A stretch of DNA of 64,000 nucleotides from Spirochaetaceae bacterium (GCA_965226485.1 OZ245363.1:2170817-2234816), one strand, 5' to 3'. Positions 1 to 9,742 are shown, counted from the first letter of the stretch. Notes: generated from the sequence alone by a model not told the origin. Numbers and translations: made by a program.

Positions 1-150
1 CGGATGCTCCAGAATAATTGCCATTGTTTTTCACAGCTATCTATTTATATAAAAAGAATTAAAGCCTATTCTTAGTTTTGTCTAAGTGTGTACATTCACC
101 TCCCGATTATGAGCGATGGCCGTCGGAAAAACCCCATTTGCCGCATCAAG
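1..150. repeat. Dispersed ~150-bp repeat family C, copy 1 (other copies ~55763-55915 and ~58553-58690)
   Basis: Shared blocks TATCTATTTATA..AAAGA..TTAA.GCCTATT.T(T/C)AGTTT and ACCTCCCGATTAT..GC.AT.G(C/T)CG..GG.AAAA at all three loci. Confidence 0.75.
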
Positions 151-308
151 CAATTTCCTGGCCAGCCCGGTCGGTACAGGAATTCTTGTCAGAGATATCC
201 CGTCTTCAATATCCAGGTTTGGATCAATATTGATAATATGATCGGCCTTGAAAAGCCAGACTTCCAAAGGAGATTGGCCTTCCAGGGATCGGTGAGGAAC
301 CTATTGTA

Positions 309-340
309 TAGTGCCCCGAAGACTGGGGGCTGGGGCACTA
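309..340. mobile_element. 32-bp miniature inverted-repeat element matching the ends of the IS at 5916-7143
   Basis: TAGTGCCCC (309-317) ... GGGGCACTA (332-340); the left 12 nt are identical to the IS end at 5916. Confidence 0.6.
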
Positions 341-636
341 CTTGGGGTAAACATATTCTGGGGCGTTCTCCCCCTCGGTCATTATAAGGCTCGCATGGGG
401 GGCATCACAACGAGATTCACATTGCTAAATTCGCTACACCTGCTACACGAAGACACAAAATTTGGCATGACGAAGTACGAAGAATCTGTTAGTCTTCGGC
501 TCTCAAGCCAGTTTGTAATGATTGCTCTAACACATGACAGCAACGTAGCCAAGCATAAGCTACGTGTTCATTTCATACTGACACAACAATGAAAAAAACC
601 ACGCTAAGAATATAAGTGATGTTTCAGGAGACGCAC

Positions 637-1809
637 TTACCCCAATGGGTCAATATCGACTCCGTAATCCACACCTTCCCAGCCGAATCCATGAAGCTGC
701 ATGAAGTCGTTTCGAAAACCAGCAATATCGGTGAGACTATCGAGATTTTCAGTATTGACCTGTTGCCATAGGTGCTCTATTTTGGTCTGGATATCGGGGT
801 GCATTTCCCAATCATCCATGCGAACGAGGCCTTCTGAATCCCGCATCGTACCATCGGAGCCATAGACTTTCGTAGCCAACAGCCTATACATTTGCTCTAT
901 GCAACCCTCATGGACACCCTTTTCCTTCATTATCTTAAACAGAAGAGAAATATAGAGTGGCACCACGGGTATCACCGAACTCGCTCGCGTTACGAGAGCC
1001 TTATTAACCGAAACGAAGGCTTCCCCCTGGATGCTTGCCAGCCTCGTATTGAGGGCTTTGCTAGACTCTTCAAGGTGTTTCTTTGCAGCACCAATGGTGC
1101 CAGCCCTGTAGACAGGATAGGTAATCTTCGGACCAATATACGTATAAGCCATGGTCTTGGCACCATCGGCCAAGACACCAGCCCTCAACAAGGCATCTAC
1201 CCAGAGCCCCCAGTCTTCTCCGCCCATAACCTTCACCGTATGGGCCTCTTCATCGCCTGTAGCTGGAGCAATTTCAGACTCAGCAACGATGCCTTTCAGG
1301 AAGTCAACGGATTTAGCTTTGTACGTATTTCCAAGTGGCTTGAGTACGGACTTGTAGGTAATGCCGCTATTCGGATCCTTGCGCACCGGAGATGCAATTG
1401 AATAAACCAATAGATCAATCTGTCCAAAGAGATCTTTGATCTTACTGACAACTTCAGTTCGTGTTTCATGAGAAAACGCATCTGCATCCATGCTCACTGC
1501 CGTCAGTCCGGATGCCTTTGCGGCTTCGTCGAAGAATTTATTGTTGTACCACCCTGGGCTTGCGGGCTTGCGCGCAGTGGGTGCCCGCTCAAAGGACACA
1601 TTCAATGTTCCCGCCCCGCCACCAAAGGCAATAGCAATCCGGGTTGCCAAACCATAACCTGTAGATCCGCCTATCACCAAGACACGCTTAGGCATTTCGA
1701 TCTGTTTTTGTTCCTTGACATAGGCAATCTGTTGTTCGATAGATTTCTTCAATCCACCTGGATGGGCAGTCAAGCATACACCGCCGATAATTTTAGGTTC
1801 CAGAATCAT
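637..1809 (-). CDS. fabV: Enoyl-ACP reductase FabV / trans-2-enoyl-CoA reductase
   Basis: LTAHPGG N-terminus, GGSTGYGLA Rossmann motif, YSIASPVR, Y-x8-K (YRAGTIGAAK); last gene of fab operon. Confidence 0.95.
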   Translation of the reverse strand: MILEPKIIGGVCLTAHPGGLKKSIEQQIAYVKEQKQIEMPKRVLVIGGSTGYGLATRIAIAFGGGAGTLNVSFERAPTARKPASPGWYNNKFFDEAAKASGLTAVSMDADAFSHETRTEVVSKIKDLFGQIDLLVYSIASPVRKDPNSGITYKSVLKPLGNTYKAKSVDFLKGIVAESEIAPATGDEEAHTVKVMGGEDWGLWVDALLRAGVLADGAKTMAYTYIGPKITYPVYRAGTIGAAKKHLEESSKALNTRLASIQGEAFVSVNKALVTRASSVIPVVPLYISLLFKIMKEKGVHEGCIEQMYRLLATKVYGSDGTMRDSEGLVRMDDWEMHPDIQTKIEHLWQQVNTENLDSLTDIAGFRNDFMQLHGFGWEGVDYGVDIDPLG

Positions 1810-1810
1810 G

Positions 1811-2233
1811 TCAGTCTTCCTTTTCGCCCATGAGGCAAAGCCACGAAGCCTCGGCTGCTAATTGCTCGCCAACATAGGCCTTTCCGGTTTGGCGGATGCC
1901 CCGGGAGGTCACCTGAACATTAGCGATCTCGAAGCGCACTTCATCACCCGGCACCACCTGCTTGCGAAATTTTGCCTTATCTACCGTTGCTAGGAAGAAT
2001 AGCTTATCCCCCAACACACCGGACTGAGCCGCACCGGCACCTCCGCATTGGGCCATGGACTCTACAAGGATAACCCCAGGTACTACGGGATAACCAGGAA
2101 AATGTCCCTTAAAGAAATAATCATCCTCTGTATATTTTCTGGTACCGACGATGTGATCATCACTCACCTCATCCAATTTGTCTACATACAGAAAGGGCTC
2201 CCTATGAGGAAGCAACTCTTTTATATCTTTCAT
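1811..2233 (-). CDS. fabZ: 3-hydroxyacyl-ACP dehydratase
   Basis: LPHREPFLYVD, FFKGHFPGYPVVPGVILVE motifs. Confidence 0.97.
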   Translation of the reverse strand: MKDIKELLPHREPFLYVDKLDEVSDDHIVGTRKYTEDDYFFKGHFPGYPVVPGVILVESMAQCGGAGAAQSGVLGDKLFFLATVDKAKFRKQVVPGDEVRFEIANVQVTSRGIRQTGKAYVGEQLAAEASWLCLMGEKED

Positions 2234-2243
2234 TTTTTCTCCT

Positions 2244-3491
2244 TTATTCTTTGAATTTCTTATAAATCAGGGCTCCATTATGTCCGCCAAAACCCAAATT
2301 ATCGGACATGACCGCACGGAGTTCCGCCTTGCGCCCAACATTGGGCACGTAATCCAAGTCACACCCTTCGCCTGGGTTCTCAAGGTTAATGGTGGGTGGA
2401 ATGAAGCCATCACGGAGAGCCAAGAGACTGATGATAGACTCAATGCCTCCTGCTCCGCCAACCAGATGTGCCGTCATGGATTTGGTTGAGCTTATCGCCA
2501 TTTTATAGGCATGATCTCCAAAAGTTTTCTTGACGGCCAAGGTTTCTAACGGATCATTGGTGAATGTAGAAGTTCCATGTGCGTTAAGGTAATCTATCTC
2601 AGACGGCTCCATTCCTGCATCTTGCAAGGCCCATCTCATCGCCTTAGCCGGGCCATCTCCTTCTGCGTCGGGACTGGTAAGATGGTAGGCATCGCAACTG
2701 ATCCCATATCCGGCTAGCTCCCCATAAATTTGAGCCCCCCGTTTCAGGGCATGGTTGAGTTCCTCAAGAACCAAGATGCCGGCCCCTTCTCCCATGATAA
2801 AACCGTCCCTATCCTTATCGAAGGGTCGGCTAGCCTTCGTTGGATTATCGTTATAACGCGTAGCCAAGGCCGTAAGTTTAATAAATCCGGCAATTGAAAA
2901 CGGAGTAATGGCCGCCTCCATCCCTCCGGTAACGGCAACATCTATGAGCCCGGAGCGCAAAGCCATCAGTGCATTGCCAATAGAGTCGGTGGACGATGTG
3001 CAGGCGGTTACCACTGCGTAGCAGGGCCCGAAAAACCCAAACCGTATAGCTATATTGGCCATTCCCTCATTAATGATCATCTTGGGGACGGTCATGGGTG
3101 ATATTCCCCGAATGCCCTTTGTTATTAATTGTCGCATTCCTTCCACGACACACTCATTGCCGCCGATACCATTTCCCAGAATCACCCCTACCCTATCAGG
3201 ATCAGCACCGCCTTTGTCTAATCCGGCATCAGCGAGGGCTTCGACGGCACCAGCCATGGCAAATTGAGAAAATCGTGCCATTTTTCTGACATCTTTCTTT
3301 TCCATCCAATTAGTCGGATCAAAATTTTTAACCTCGCCGGCTATTTTGCAGGCATACTCCTCGGTATCGAAAGCCGTGATGGGTTCGATACCGCTCTTGC
3401 CAGACTTGATAGCCTCCCAGGTACTGGGAATATCATGCCCTAGGGGATTGACAGTTCCCAGCCCGGATACGACGACTCTACGACGCTCCAT
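2244..3491 (-). CDS. fabF: 3-oxoacyl-ACP synthase II
   Basis: TACTSS catalytic Cys, NAHGTST, KSMTAHL, GFGGHN. Confidence 0.97.
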   Translation of the reverse strand: MERRRVVVSGLGTVNPLGHDIPSTWEAIKSGKSGIEPITAFDTEEYACKIAGEVKNFDPTNWMEKKDVRKMARFSQFAMAGAVEALADAGLDKGGADPDRVGVILGNGIGGNECVVEGMRQLITKGIRGISPMTVPKMIINEGMANIAIRFGFFGPCYAVVTACTSSTDSIGNALMALRSGLIDVAVTGGMEAAITPFSIAGFIKLTALATRYNDNPTKASRPFDKDRDGFIMGEGAGILVLEELNHALKRGAQIYGELAGYGISCDAYHLTSPDAEGDGPAKAMRWALQDAGMEPSEIDYLNAHGTSTFTNDPLETLAVKKTFGDHAYKMAISSTKSMTAHLVGGAGGIESIISLLALRDGFIPPTINLENPGEGCDLDYVPNVGRKAELRAVMSDNLGFGGHNGALIYKKFKE

Positions 3492-3501
3492 AGATGACCT
3501 C

Positions 3502-4242
3502 CTACATCACCAATCCACCATCAACGCGAATGACTTGTCCGGTAATATAAGACGATAAATCACTCGCAAGAAATAGCACTGTATTAGCGATATCTTCAGG
3601 CAGTCCCATCCTGTCTAAGGGGATGGCCTTGACATAACCTGCCCTTACCTCAGCCGAGAGTTTATCTGTCATGGCGGTTTCGATGAAACCAGGTGCCACG
3701 GCATTCACCCTGACATTGCGTTTCGCTGTTTCCTTGGCTAGGCTCTTTGAGAAACCAATAAGCCCCGCCTTGGATGCCGAGTAATTAGTTTGTCCGGCAT
3801 TCCCCATCTGCCCTACCACCGAGGCCATGTTGATGATACTCCCCGATTTCTGCTTCAATGCCATGAATGCCGAAGCTTCCCTCGATACAAGGAAGGCCCC
3901 TGTAAGATTCACTTTGAGCACCGACTCCCACTGTTCCAAGGGCATTCTAAACACCATTCCGTCTTTCGTGATACCGGCATTGTTCACCACAATATCCAGA
4001 GGACCTACCGTTGTAATACTCTTGATCAACTCTTTCACCTGATTCTCATCGGTGATATTGGTAGAGTGGAAGGTTACAGAGGCACCGCTTGCCGCAGCTG
4101 CCTCCATTTCTCCCTTGAAAGGACCTTCCTCTAGATCGCAATAGTGTATAGATGCTCCTTCCTTGAGGAACTTCATAATGATTTCCTTCCCGATTCCCCG
4201 TGCTCCACCAGTTACTAGAGCGACTTTTCCCTTTAGCATCAT
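3502..4242 (-). CDS. fabG: 3-oxoacyl-ACP reductase
   Basis: TGGARGIG, NNAGITKD, YSASK, VNAVAPGFI. Confidence 0.97.
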   Translation of the reverse strand: MMLKGKVALVTGGARGIGKEIIMKFLKEGASIHYCDLEEGPFKGEMEAAAASGASVTFHSTNITDENQVKELIKSITTVGPLDIVVNNAGITKDGMVFRMPLEQWESVLKVNLTGAFLVSREASAFMALKQKSGSIINMASVVGQMGNAGQTNYSASKAGLIGFSKSLAKETAKRNVRVNAVAPGFIETAMTDKLSAEVRAGYVKAIPLDRMGLPEDIANTVLFLASDLSSYITGQVIRVDGGLVM

Positions 4243-4267
4243 TGACTTACTCCTTTAACTCTATTCT

Positions 4268-4650
4268 GGGGCTGTGTCAGAATGCGCCTTTGGCCCGCAT
4301 GCGGCGTTGGCGAAAAAACCTGAAATGCTCATGTACAACATGTACACTCCGCTTTCAGAACTTTTCGCCGCCTTGCCTGCAGACCAAATCCATCATTCTG
4401 ACCCAGCCCCTGGCCCGCATGCGGCGTTAGCGAAAAAACCTGAAATGCTCATGTACAATATGTACACTCCGCTTTCAGAACTTTTCGCCGCCTTGCCTGC
4501 AGACCAAATCCATCATTCTGACACAGCCCCTGGCCCGCATGCGGCGTTAGCGAAAAAACCTGAAATACTCATGTACAACATGTACACTCCGCTTTCAGAA
4601 CTTTTCGCCGCCTTGCCTGCAGACCAAATCCATCATTCTGACACAGCCCC
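4268..4650. mobile_element. MITE-like element with 16-bp terminal inverted repeats and three tandem 120-bp internal units
   Basis: GGGGCTGTGTCAGAAT ... ATTCTGACACAGCCCC; unit repeats at a 120-bp period; related copies at 13016, 20630, 28858, 44063, 56330. Confidence 0.85.
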
Positions 4651-4695
4651 ATAATACTTAGCTCATTGACTGAATCATAAAATGAGTGGCATGTC

Positions 4696-5676
4696 CTACC
4701 ATATTATATAGTTACCACCATACGTGAGCCCGCCTCCAAACCCAACAGTTAGAATTTTCATTCCACGCTTTAGAAGCCCCTTATCATCCATCTCCGCCAA
4801 GGCCAAGGGGATGGATGCCGAAGAAGTATTAGCGAATTTTTCTATGTTTAGATAGTACTTCTCCATAGGTATTTTTGCCCGTTTGGCGGCGGCGGCGATG
4901 ATACGATAGTTTGCCTGATGAGGTACGATATAATCAATATCGTCAGGTCGCAAGTCATTTCGTTCCATCAGATCGCTAACCACTTCAGTATTCACTCTGA
5001 CCGCAAAACTGTATACCTTCTGGCCATCCATTTTTAAATAGCCCTGCTCCTCAAAGGGTATATCCGAATCGTAGGGAGTCGCCGTACCACCGGCAGACAT
5101 GAACAGGTATTCGGCACCGCTACCATCAGTTCTCAGTATACTGTCCTGAATTCCTGAATCGGATTCGACTTCTCCGAGTATCACTGCACCCGCACCATCA
5201 CCAAATAAAACGGCAGTACTGCGATCCTTCCAGTTTACTATTGCCGAAAGCTTCTCGGCACCGATGAGTAAAACGTACTTAGCCGTTTTTCCTAAAACCA
5301 ATCCTCGCCCAACTTCCAAGCCATAGACAAAACCGGTACAGGCCGCCTTCAGATCCAGAGAACCCACCTGTCCGATAGACAAATCTCTCTGCACCAGATT
5401 GGCCGTAGCGGGGAAATCCTTATAGTCCGGTGTAATACTGGAAACAATGATGAAATCAATGTCATCTTTGGCCAATCCTGCATTGACAATGGCGGATTTT
5501 GCCGCCTCGGATGCCATAAACGCAACCGTTTCCCTTTCCGAAGCTATATAACGAGTTCCTATTCCCGTGTGTGAACGTATCCATTCATCAGAGGTATCAA
5601 GGATTTGTGATAACTCATCATTACTCACACATTTTGAGGGGACATAAGAACCAATGGACAGTATTCCAGCAGCCAT
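4696..5676 (-). CDS. fabH: 3-oxoacyl-ACP synthase III
   Basis: DLKAACTGF, LFGDGAGA, VPHQAN, ANTSSAS, GFGGGLT. Confidence 0.97.
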   Translation of the reverse strand: MAAGILSIGSYVPSKCVSNDELSQILDTSDEWIRSHTGIGTRYIASERETVAFMASEAAKSAIVNAGLAKDDIDFIIVSSITPDYKDFPATANLVQRDLSIGQVGSLDLKAACTGFVYGLEVGRGLVLGKTAKYVLLIGAEKLSAIVNWKDRSTAVLFGDGAGAVILGEVESDSGIQDSILRTDGSGAEYLFMSAGGTATPYDSDIPFEEQGYLKMDGQKVYSFAVRVNTEVVSDLMERNDLRPDDIDYIVPHQANYRIIAAAAKRAKIPMEKYYLNIEKFANTSSASIPLALAEMDDKGLLKRGMKILTVGFGGGLTYGGNYIIW

Positions 5677-5703
5677 TTCATCTCCAAACTCTTATTATTG
5701 CAC

Positions 5704-5732
5704 ATTATTCTTTCAAAGTAGCGAACTGTCAA
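5704..5732 (-). promoter_or_regulatory. Sigma70-type promoter of the fab operon
   Basis: Minus strand TTGACA-N17-AATAAT about 28 nt upstream of the fabH ATG. Confidence 0.6.
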
Positions 5733-5915
5733 CATTGATTTAAGGTGCGGAAGGAATGAAGTTCAGATTCCGGCTGGATTGTTACAACGGCATCATCTCG
5801 ATAGCATGACCATTCAATCCGGTTGGACTCAAACCCTTACCGCATTGTACAGAAAAATCACCTGAAATGCGGCTTCCAAACCCGTCAGCCTCCCAATGTG
5901 CCGTAATCCCTTATA

Positions 5916-7143
5916 TAGTGCCCCGAACTCTGTGTTCACCGCTATACCCGAATGTACAACGGGATATAGCGATTAATTTTTACCCCGGGATTGCGCCACT
6001 GACTGAACCAGGTCTTGCGTTCTTCTGTACCCAGCTTGATTTTCCTCAGGAAGGGGCGCTTCATCCAATACTTGCCGATTATTTTGTCCAGGTCTGTGCG
6101 ATTGATTCCTGCCTCTTCTACATGCGTTGTCATGTCGTTCTTTCGGGCATCCTGGACCCGCCGGGCAATCATGCAGTTATGGTAGTGGCGGTAGAGGGTC
6201 ATGCGCATCATCATCGCACTGGGACACCGGGAAAACTGCACCGTCTCTCGCACATGATTGCAGTTATCTTTGCGTACCTGACGGTCAATGTAATTCACAG
6301 GGAATAGAGGATTGTTTTTATTCCTGAACTCATGTGAGGATATACATTCATGGAGAAAGTATTTTTTGAAGTCCTTGATCTTGGCGAAGGCTCGTGTATA
6401 CGATTTGTGTAGGTCTGTCGTCAATGTCTTCCCGGTAATTTTCTTTTCTTTAAGTAGTTGAATAAGTTCGCTAGCTATATTTCTAAACGATTTCTCAATG
6501 GCCTTCGGGTCGGCTTTTTCTATGGATTCTAGTACCATTCTCCGCTTCTTTTGTGCCTGGGTCATTCTTCCTTTGCGCCTAAGATTGGCAAAACCCATGC
6601 TGTAAATGAACTCGGATTCGGAGCCAGCAAAGATGTTGATATGATGGGGAAAGTACTGGGACTCGGAGAAAGATTCCAGCCCATCGGCGGCCATATCTTC
6701 TTGCAGAGGTAAATCAGGGAGCAGTTCGGAATGAATGGCCTGGCAGCATCTTGCCAGCCGTTCGAATCGGTTCTGAACGGTCTCTATTCTGACGTTAATA
6801 GCACGGCCTATATCGCCCAGCCCTGAAGCGGTGACAAGATGCTCGAAGATCTTTGAATAATCGACAACTTTTTTGGCATAGTAATCAATTGAAAAGGTTT
6901 GATCAGAAAAAGTCCTGCGGCAATTCTTACAGCGGTAACGCTGAACTTGGCCGAAGGCCGATGTTGGATGAAAACCATAGCGAATATACCAATTTTCCCC
7001 GGCGGGAGCCTCGAAATTGGAGCAATCGGGATTGGGGCAGTGTGGAAAAGTCATAACATACCTCCTTAGTAAGTTGTTTCCCTACTAAGGTATGACTTGC
7101 GTTTAGAGGCGATTTACTTCAAAAAACAGGCTTTGGGGCACTG
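5916..7143 (-). mobile_element. Insertion sequence (IS1-like, unclassified), ~1.23 kb
   Basis: Imperfect terminal IRs TAGTGCCCCGAA / TTTGGGGCACTG (10/12) enclosing a single ORF. Confidence 0.65.
5942..7054 (-). CDS. Putative transposase: N-terminal Zn ribbon and HTH, then RNase H-like catalytic domain
   Basis: CPNPDC...RYRCKNC Zn ribbon (InsA-like); acidic motifs AADGLESF, LTTDLHKSY, VNYIDRQVRKD; SD AGGAGG. Confidence 0.7.
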   Translation of the reverse strand: MTFPHCPNPDCSNFEAPAGENWYIRYGFHPTSAFGQVQRYRCKNCRRTFSDQTFSIDYYAKKVVDYSKIFEHLVTASGLGDIGRAINVRIETVQNRFERLARCCQAIHSELLPDLPLQEDMAADGLESFSESQYFPHHINIFAGSESEFIYSMGFANLRRKGRMTQAQKKRRMVLESIEKADPKAIEKSFRNIASELIQLLKEKKITGKTLTTDLHKSYTRAFAKIKDFKKYFLHECISSHEFRNKNNPLFPVNYIDRQVRKDNCNHVRETVQFSRCPSAMMMRMTLYRHYHNCMIARRVQDARKNDMTTHVEEAGINRTDLDKIIGKYWMKRPFLRKIKLGTEERKTWFSQWRNPGVKINRYIPLYIRV

Positions 7144-7244
7144 CATTTGGGTTAACATGAAATGAGAAAATTACGATAAAGAGCCAAAGGAGCTTAAAAA
7201 TTTGGAGGAAATCCGATCATGAGGAGTATTTTTTTGAAAGGGAG

Positions 7245-8654
7245 TTGGGCAGTTTGCTTAAAGATGTGTTCAGAATAGCGTTCGTCAGTGGAAAGCTTGG
7301 AGATGTCGATGGAGTGTCTTTGGAGACTGATAAATGGATAGAGGCCCTATCGGAGCTTGGCCATGAGATTTATACAATTGCGGGTTATTACAAAAATCCT
7401 GTTAGCAAAGTGCCTGCCGAGAGACAGATTCTGCTCGAAAGAATGGGCTTCAATTCACCGGAGCAACGCTACTTCGAACAGCATGTCTTTCCATATCTAT
7501 CCACTCGTCCTCAACATGTTACCAAACACCGCATAGCACAGATTCAGTCTGAGATGGAAGCGGCTGGAGCCGATGTGGCGAATCACCTCTTCGAAATCAT
7601 TAGACAGAATCGAATTGATGTGATAATCGCTGAAAACACAAATGCTATGCCCATGAGCCTGCTTGGTGGCATCGCCGTATATAGGCTGGCCACAATTCAT
7701 AGGGTGGCGACAATCTTTCACCATCATGATTTTTGGTGGGAACGAAGCAGATTCGGAGAGAATTACATCACCCAACTTCTCAACCGTATAATGCCGCCCT
7801 CCGATCTCGGCACCGAGCATGTCGTTATTTCATCTTATGCTGCGCACATCCTGAAATCCATCAAGAGGGTCAATCCATATATAATTCCCAACTGTGAAAA
7901 CTTCGACAACCCCGTCATTAAGGATGAATGGAATTCGGACTTCAGGGATGAACTTGGATTCTCTGCCGACGATCTACTCATCGTTCAGCCGACACGCATC
8001 GTCCCTCGCAAACGTATTGAGGATTCCGTTAGGCTTGTCGGGCGTTTTATTGATTTGAACAAGGATTTAGCTCCCCGTATTAAATTCATTATTTCTCTTT
8101 ACCAGGGGGATGAAGCAGATGATTCTTACGTAGAGAATATCAAGAAGTTGGCACACCAGTACAAGGTTCCCATGTACTGCATATCTGATAGATTATCTTC
8201 CCACAGAGGTAGGGATGAGAATGGGAAAAAGCTCTATTCAACCAGGGATATCCTGTGCCATGCCAATCTGGTCACCTATCTTCCTATTTGGGAGGGATTT
8301 GGCAATGCTTTCCTTGAGGCTGTCGCCTGCCGTGCCCCCATTATCACAACCACCTATCTTGTTTATAAGGTAGACATTCAGGGAGCCGGGTTCAAGGTAG
8401 TTGAAATTCGGAATCGCTATGGCAATGACGGCTCGCTGGAAATACCCGAATCGGTCTTCGGTGAAATGCGGCAATACCTAACTGATCTCGAAATGAAGGA
8501 AGAGGCGGTCGAGCACAACTTCAATGTGGGGAAAAGGGAGTTCGGTCTCAGCCTCCTTAAATCAGGTTTAGAACGTATAATTGATGAATATGAGGATGAA
8601 ATCAAGGCATCCCGCCGCCGATTAGCCAAGAGCATGACTTCCTATTTCGTTTAG
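7245..8654 (+). CDS. Glycosyltransferase family 4 (GT-B), resembling mannosylglucosylglycerate synthase-type enzymes
   Basis: TTG start with SD; HHHDFWWER, QPTRIVPRKRIE, WEGFGNAFLEA GT4 motif. Confidence 0.85.
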   Translation: MGSLLKDVFRIAFVSGKLGDVDGVSLETDKWIEALSELGHEIYTIAGYYKNPVSKVPAERQILLERMGFNSPEQRYFEQHVFPYLSTRPQHVTKHRIAQIQSEMEAAGADVANHLFEIIRQNRIDVIIAENTNAMPMSLLGGIAVYRLATIHRVATIFHHHDFWWERSRFGENYITQLLNRIMPPSDLGTEHVVISSYAAHILKSIKRVNPYIIPNCENFDNPVIKDEWNSDFRDELGFSADDLLIVQPTRIVPRKRIEDSVRLVGRFIDLNKDLAPRIKFIISLYQGDEADDSYVENIKKLAHQYKVPMYCISDRLSSHRGRDENGKKLYSTRDILCHANLVTYLPIWEGFGNAFLEAVACRAPIITTTYLVYKVDIQGAGFKVVEIRNRYGNDGSLEIPESVFGEMRQYLTDLEMKEEAVEHNFNVGKREFGLSLLKSGLERIIDEYEDEIKASRRRLAKSMTSYFV

Positions 8655-8680
8655 ATGGTTTTATCGCCGATAATCGGAAG

Positions 8681-9742
8681 GTGAGAATCGGTTTTTTACT
8701 CATAGCTCCGTTATTATTTCTTTCATTGCCACTACAAGCATTTAGTGAGGATCTGGAAATTCAACCAGGGGATGCCTACATTGAACTGTCCGAAAATGGC
8801 GAGGGATTTGATCTTTACATTCGTGCGGCACCTGGTCTGGGGTCTATTTTGATTACCGAGTCCACAGCCGATCCGCTTAAGCAAGCAGATTCTTTTTCTT
8901 TTCGAGCCTGGGACTACAACCCGATAAACGGAGATGAACGGCGAATATTGAACGGCCAATTTCTCGAATCTTCACAACCTCAGTACTTCCTCTTAGATTC
9001 CTCTCCGGAAGAGAATGCCTTACTCGGAAGTGCGTTTCATATCTATGTGCCATTTCAGCTCACCTATGGCTACCCATGGAGTAGAGAGGGGCAGGTTGAA
9101 GTGCATCGTGGGACATGGCTTAACATCCGTGCATTTGAGAAGCCCTATGCCGACTACAGAGGCAACTGGAAGGACAACCCCTTCATTCTCTCCATGAAAG
9201 AAATGCCGCCACCTCCTATAGAGGAGATAGAGGAAGGGCCAGTGGAAAGCATAGAGGCGGCTGTCGAGCGTATTTCCGAAATTATTGAAGTGGCTCAGGA
9301 GAGCGTCGATGTTGTGCTAGTGGTTGATACGACAATAAGCATGAAAAACGACATAGGATTCATCCGCGAGGCTCTGGTGCCCCTCGTGAAGGAGAAGGTG
9401 GAGGGATTCAAATCTTTCCGTGTTGGCCTTGTCCTTTATCGGGATTACAAGGAAGCTTATCTGACTCGTCACAGTCCGTTCTCCAGCGATTTGAACATAC
9501 TTCAACAAAGACTTAACGAAGTGACGACGGGAGGTGGCCGTGATCTCCCTGAAGCGGTGAACGAGGGCCTCTTCGCTGCCTTGACCGAATATGAGTGGCA
9601 GGCTCTCCAGCGTATAATCATCCAAGTGGGAGATGCCCCGGCACATGAAAAGCCTCGCGGTGCGATAACAGAAGAAATGGTGACTCAGGTTGCAGAAGAA
9701 CTTGGAGTTGAAATATACACGATAAGACTACCCGATAAGTGA
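8681..9742 (+). CDS. Exported protein with C-terminal vWA domain
   Basis: Signal peptide; DVVLVVDTTISM MIDAS-like motif, GGGRDLPEAV, GDAPAH. Confidence 0.85.
   Translation: MRIGFLLIAPLLFLSLPLQAFSEDLEIQPGDAYIELSENGEGFDLYIRAAPGLGSILITESTADPLKQADSFSFRAWDYNPINGDERRILNGQFLESSQPQYFLLDSSPEENALLGSAFHIYVPFQLTYGYPWSREGQVEVHRGTWLNIRAFEKPYADYRGNWKDNPFILSMKEMPPPPIEEIEEGPVESIEAAVERISEIIEVAQESVDVVLVVDTTISMKNDIGFIREALVPLVKEKVEGFKSFRVGLVLYRDYKEAYLTRHSPFSSDLNILQQRLNEVTTGGGRDLPEAVNEGLFAALTEYEWQALQRIIIQVGDAPAHEKPRGAITEEMVTQVAEELGVEIYTIRLPDK

Noticed and set aside
500-592. IS200 TnpA-like N-terminus (KHKLRVHFIL)
   Set aside because: Too short and weak; no HUH motif or hairpin ends
4274-4654. 126-aa repeat ORF
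   Set aside because: Translation of the three 120-bp MITE units
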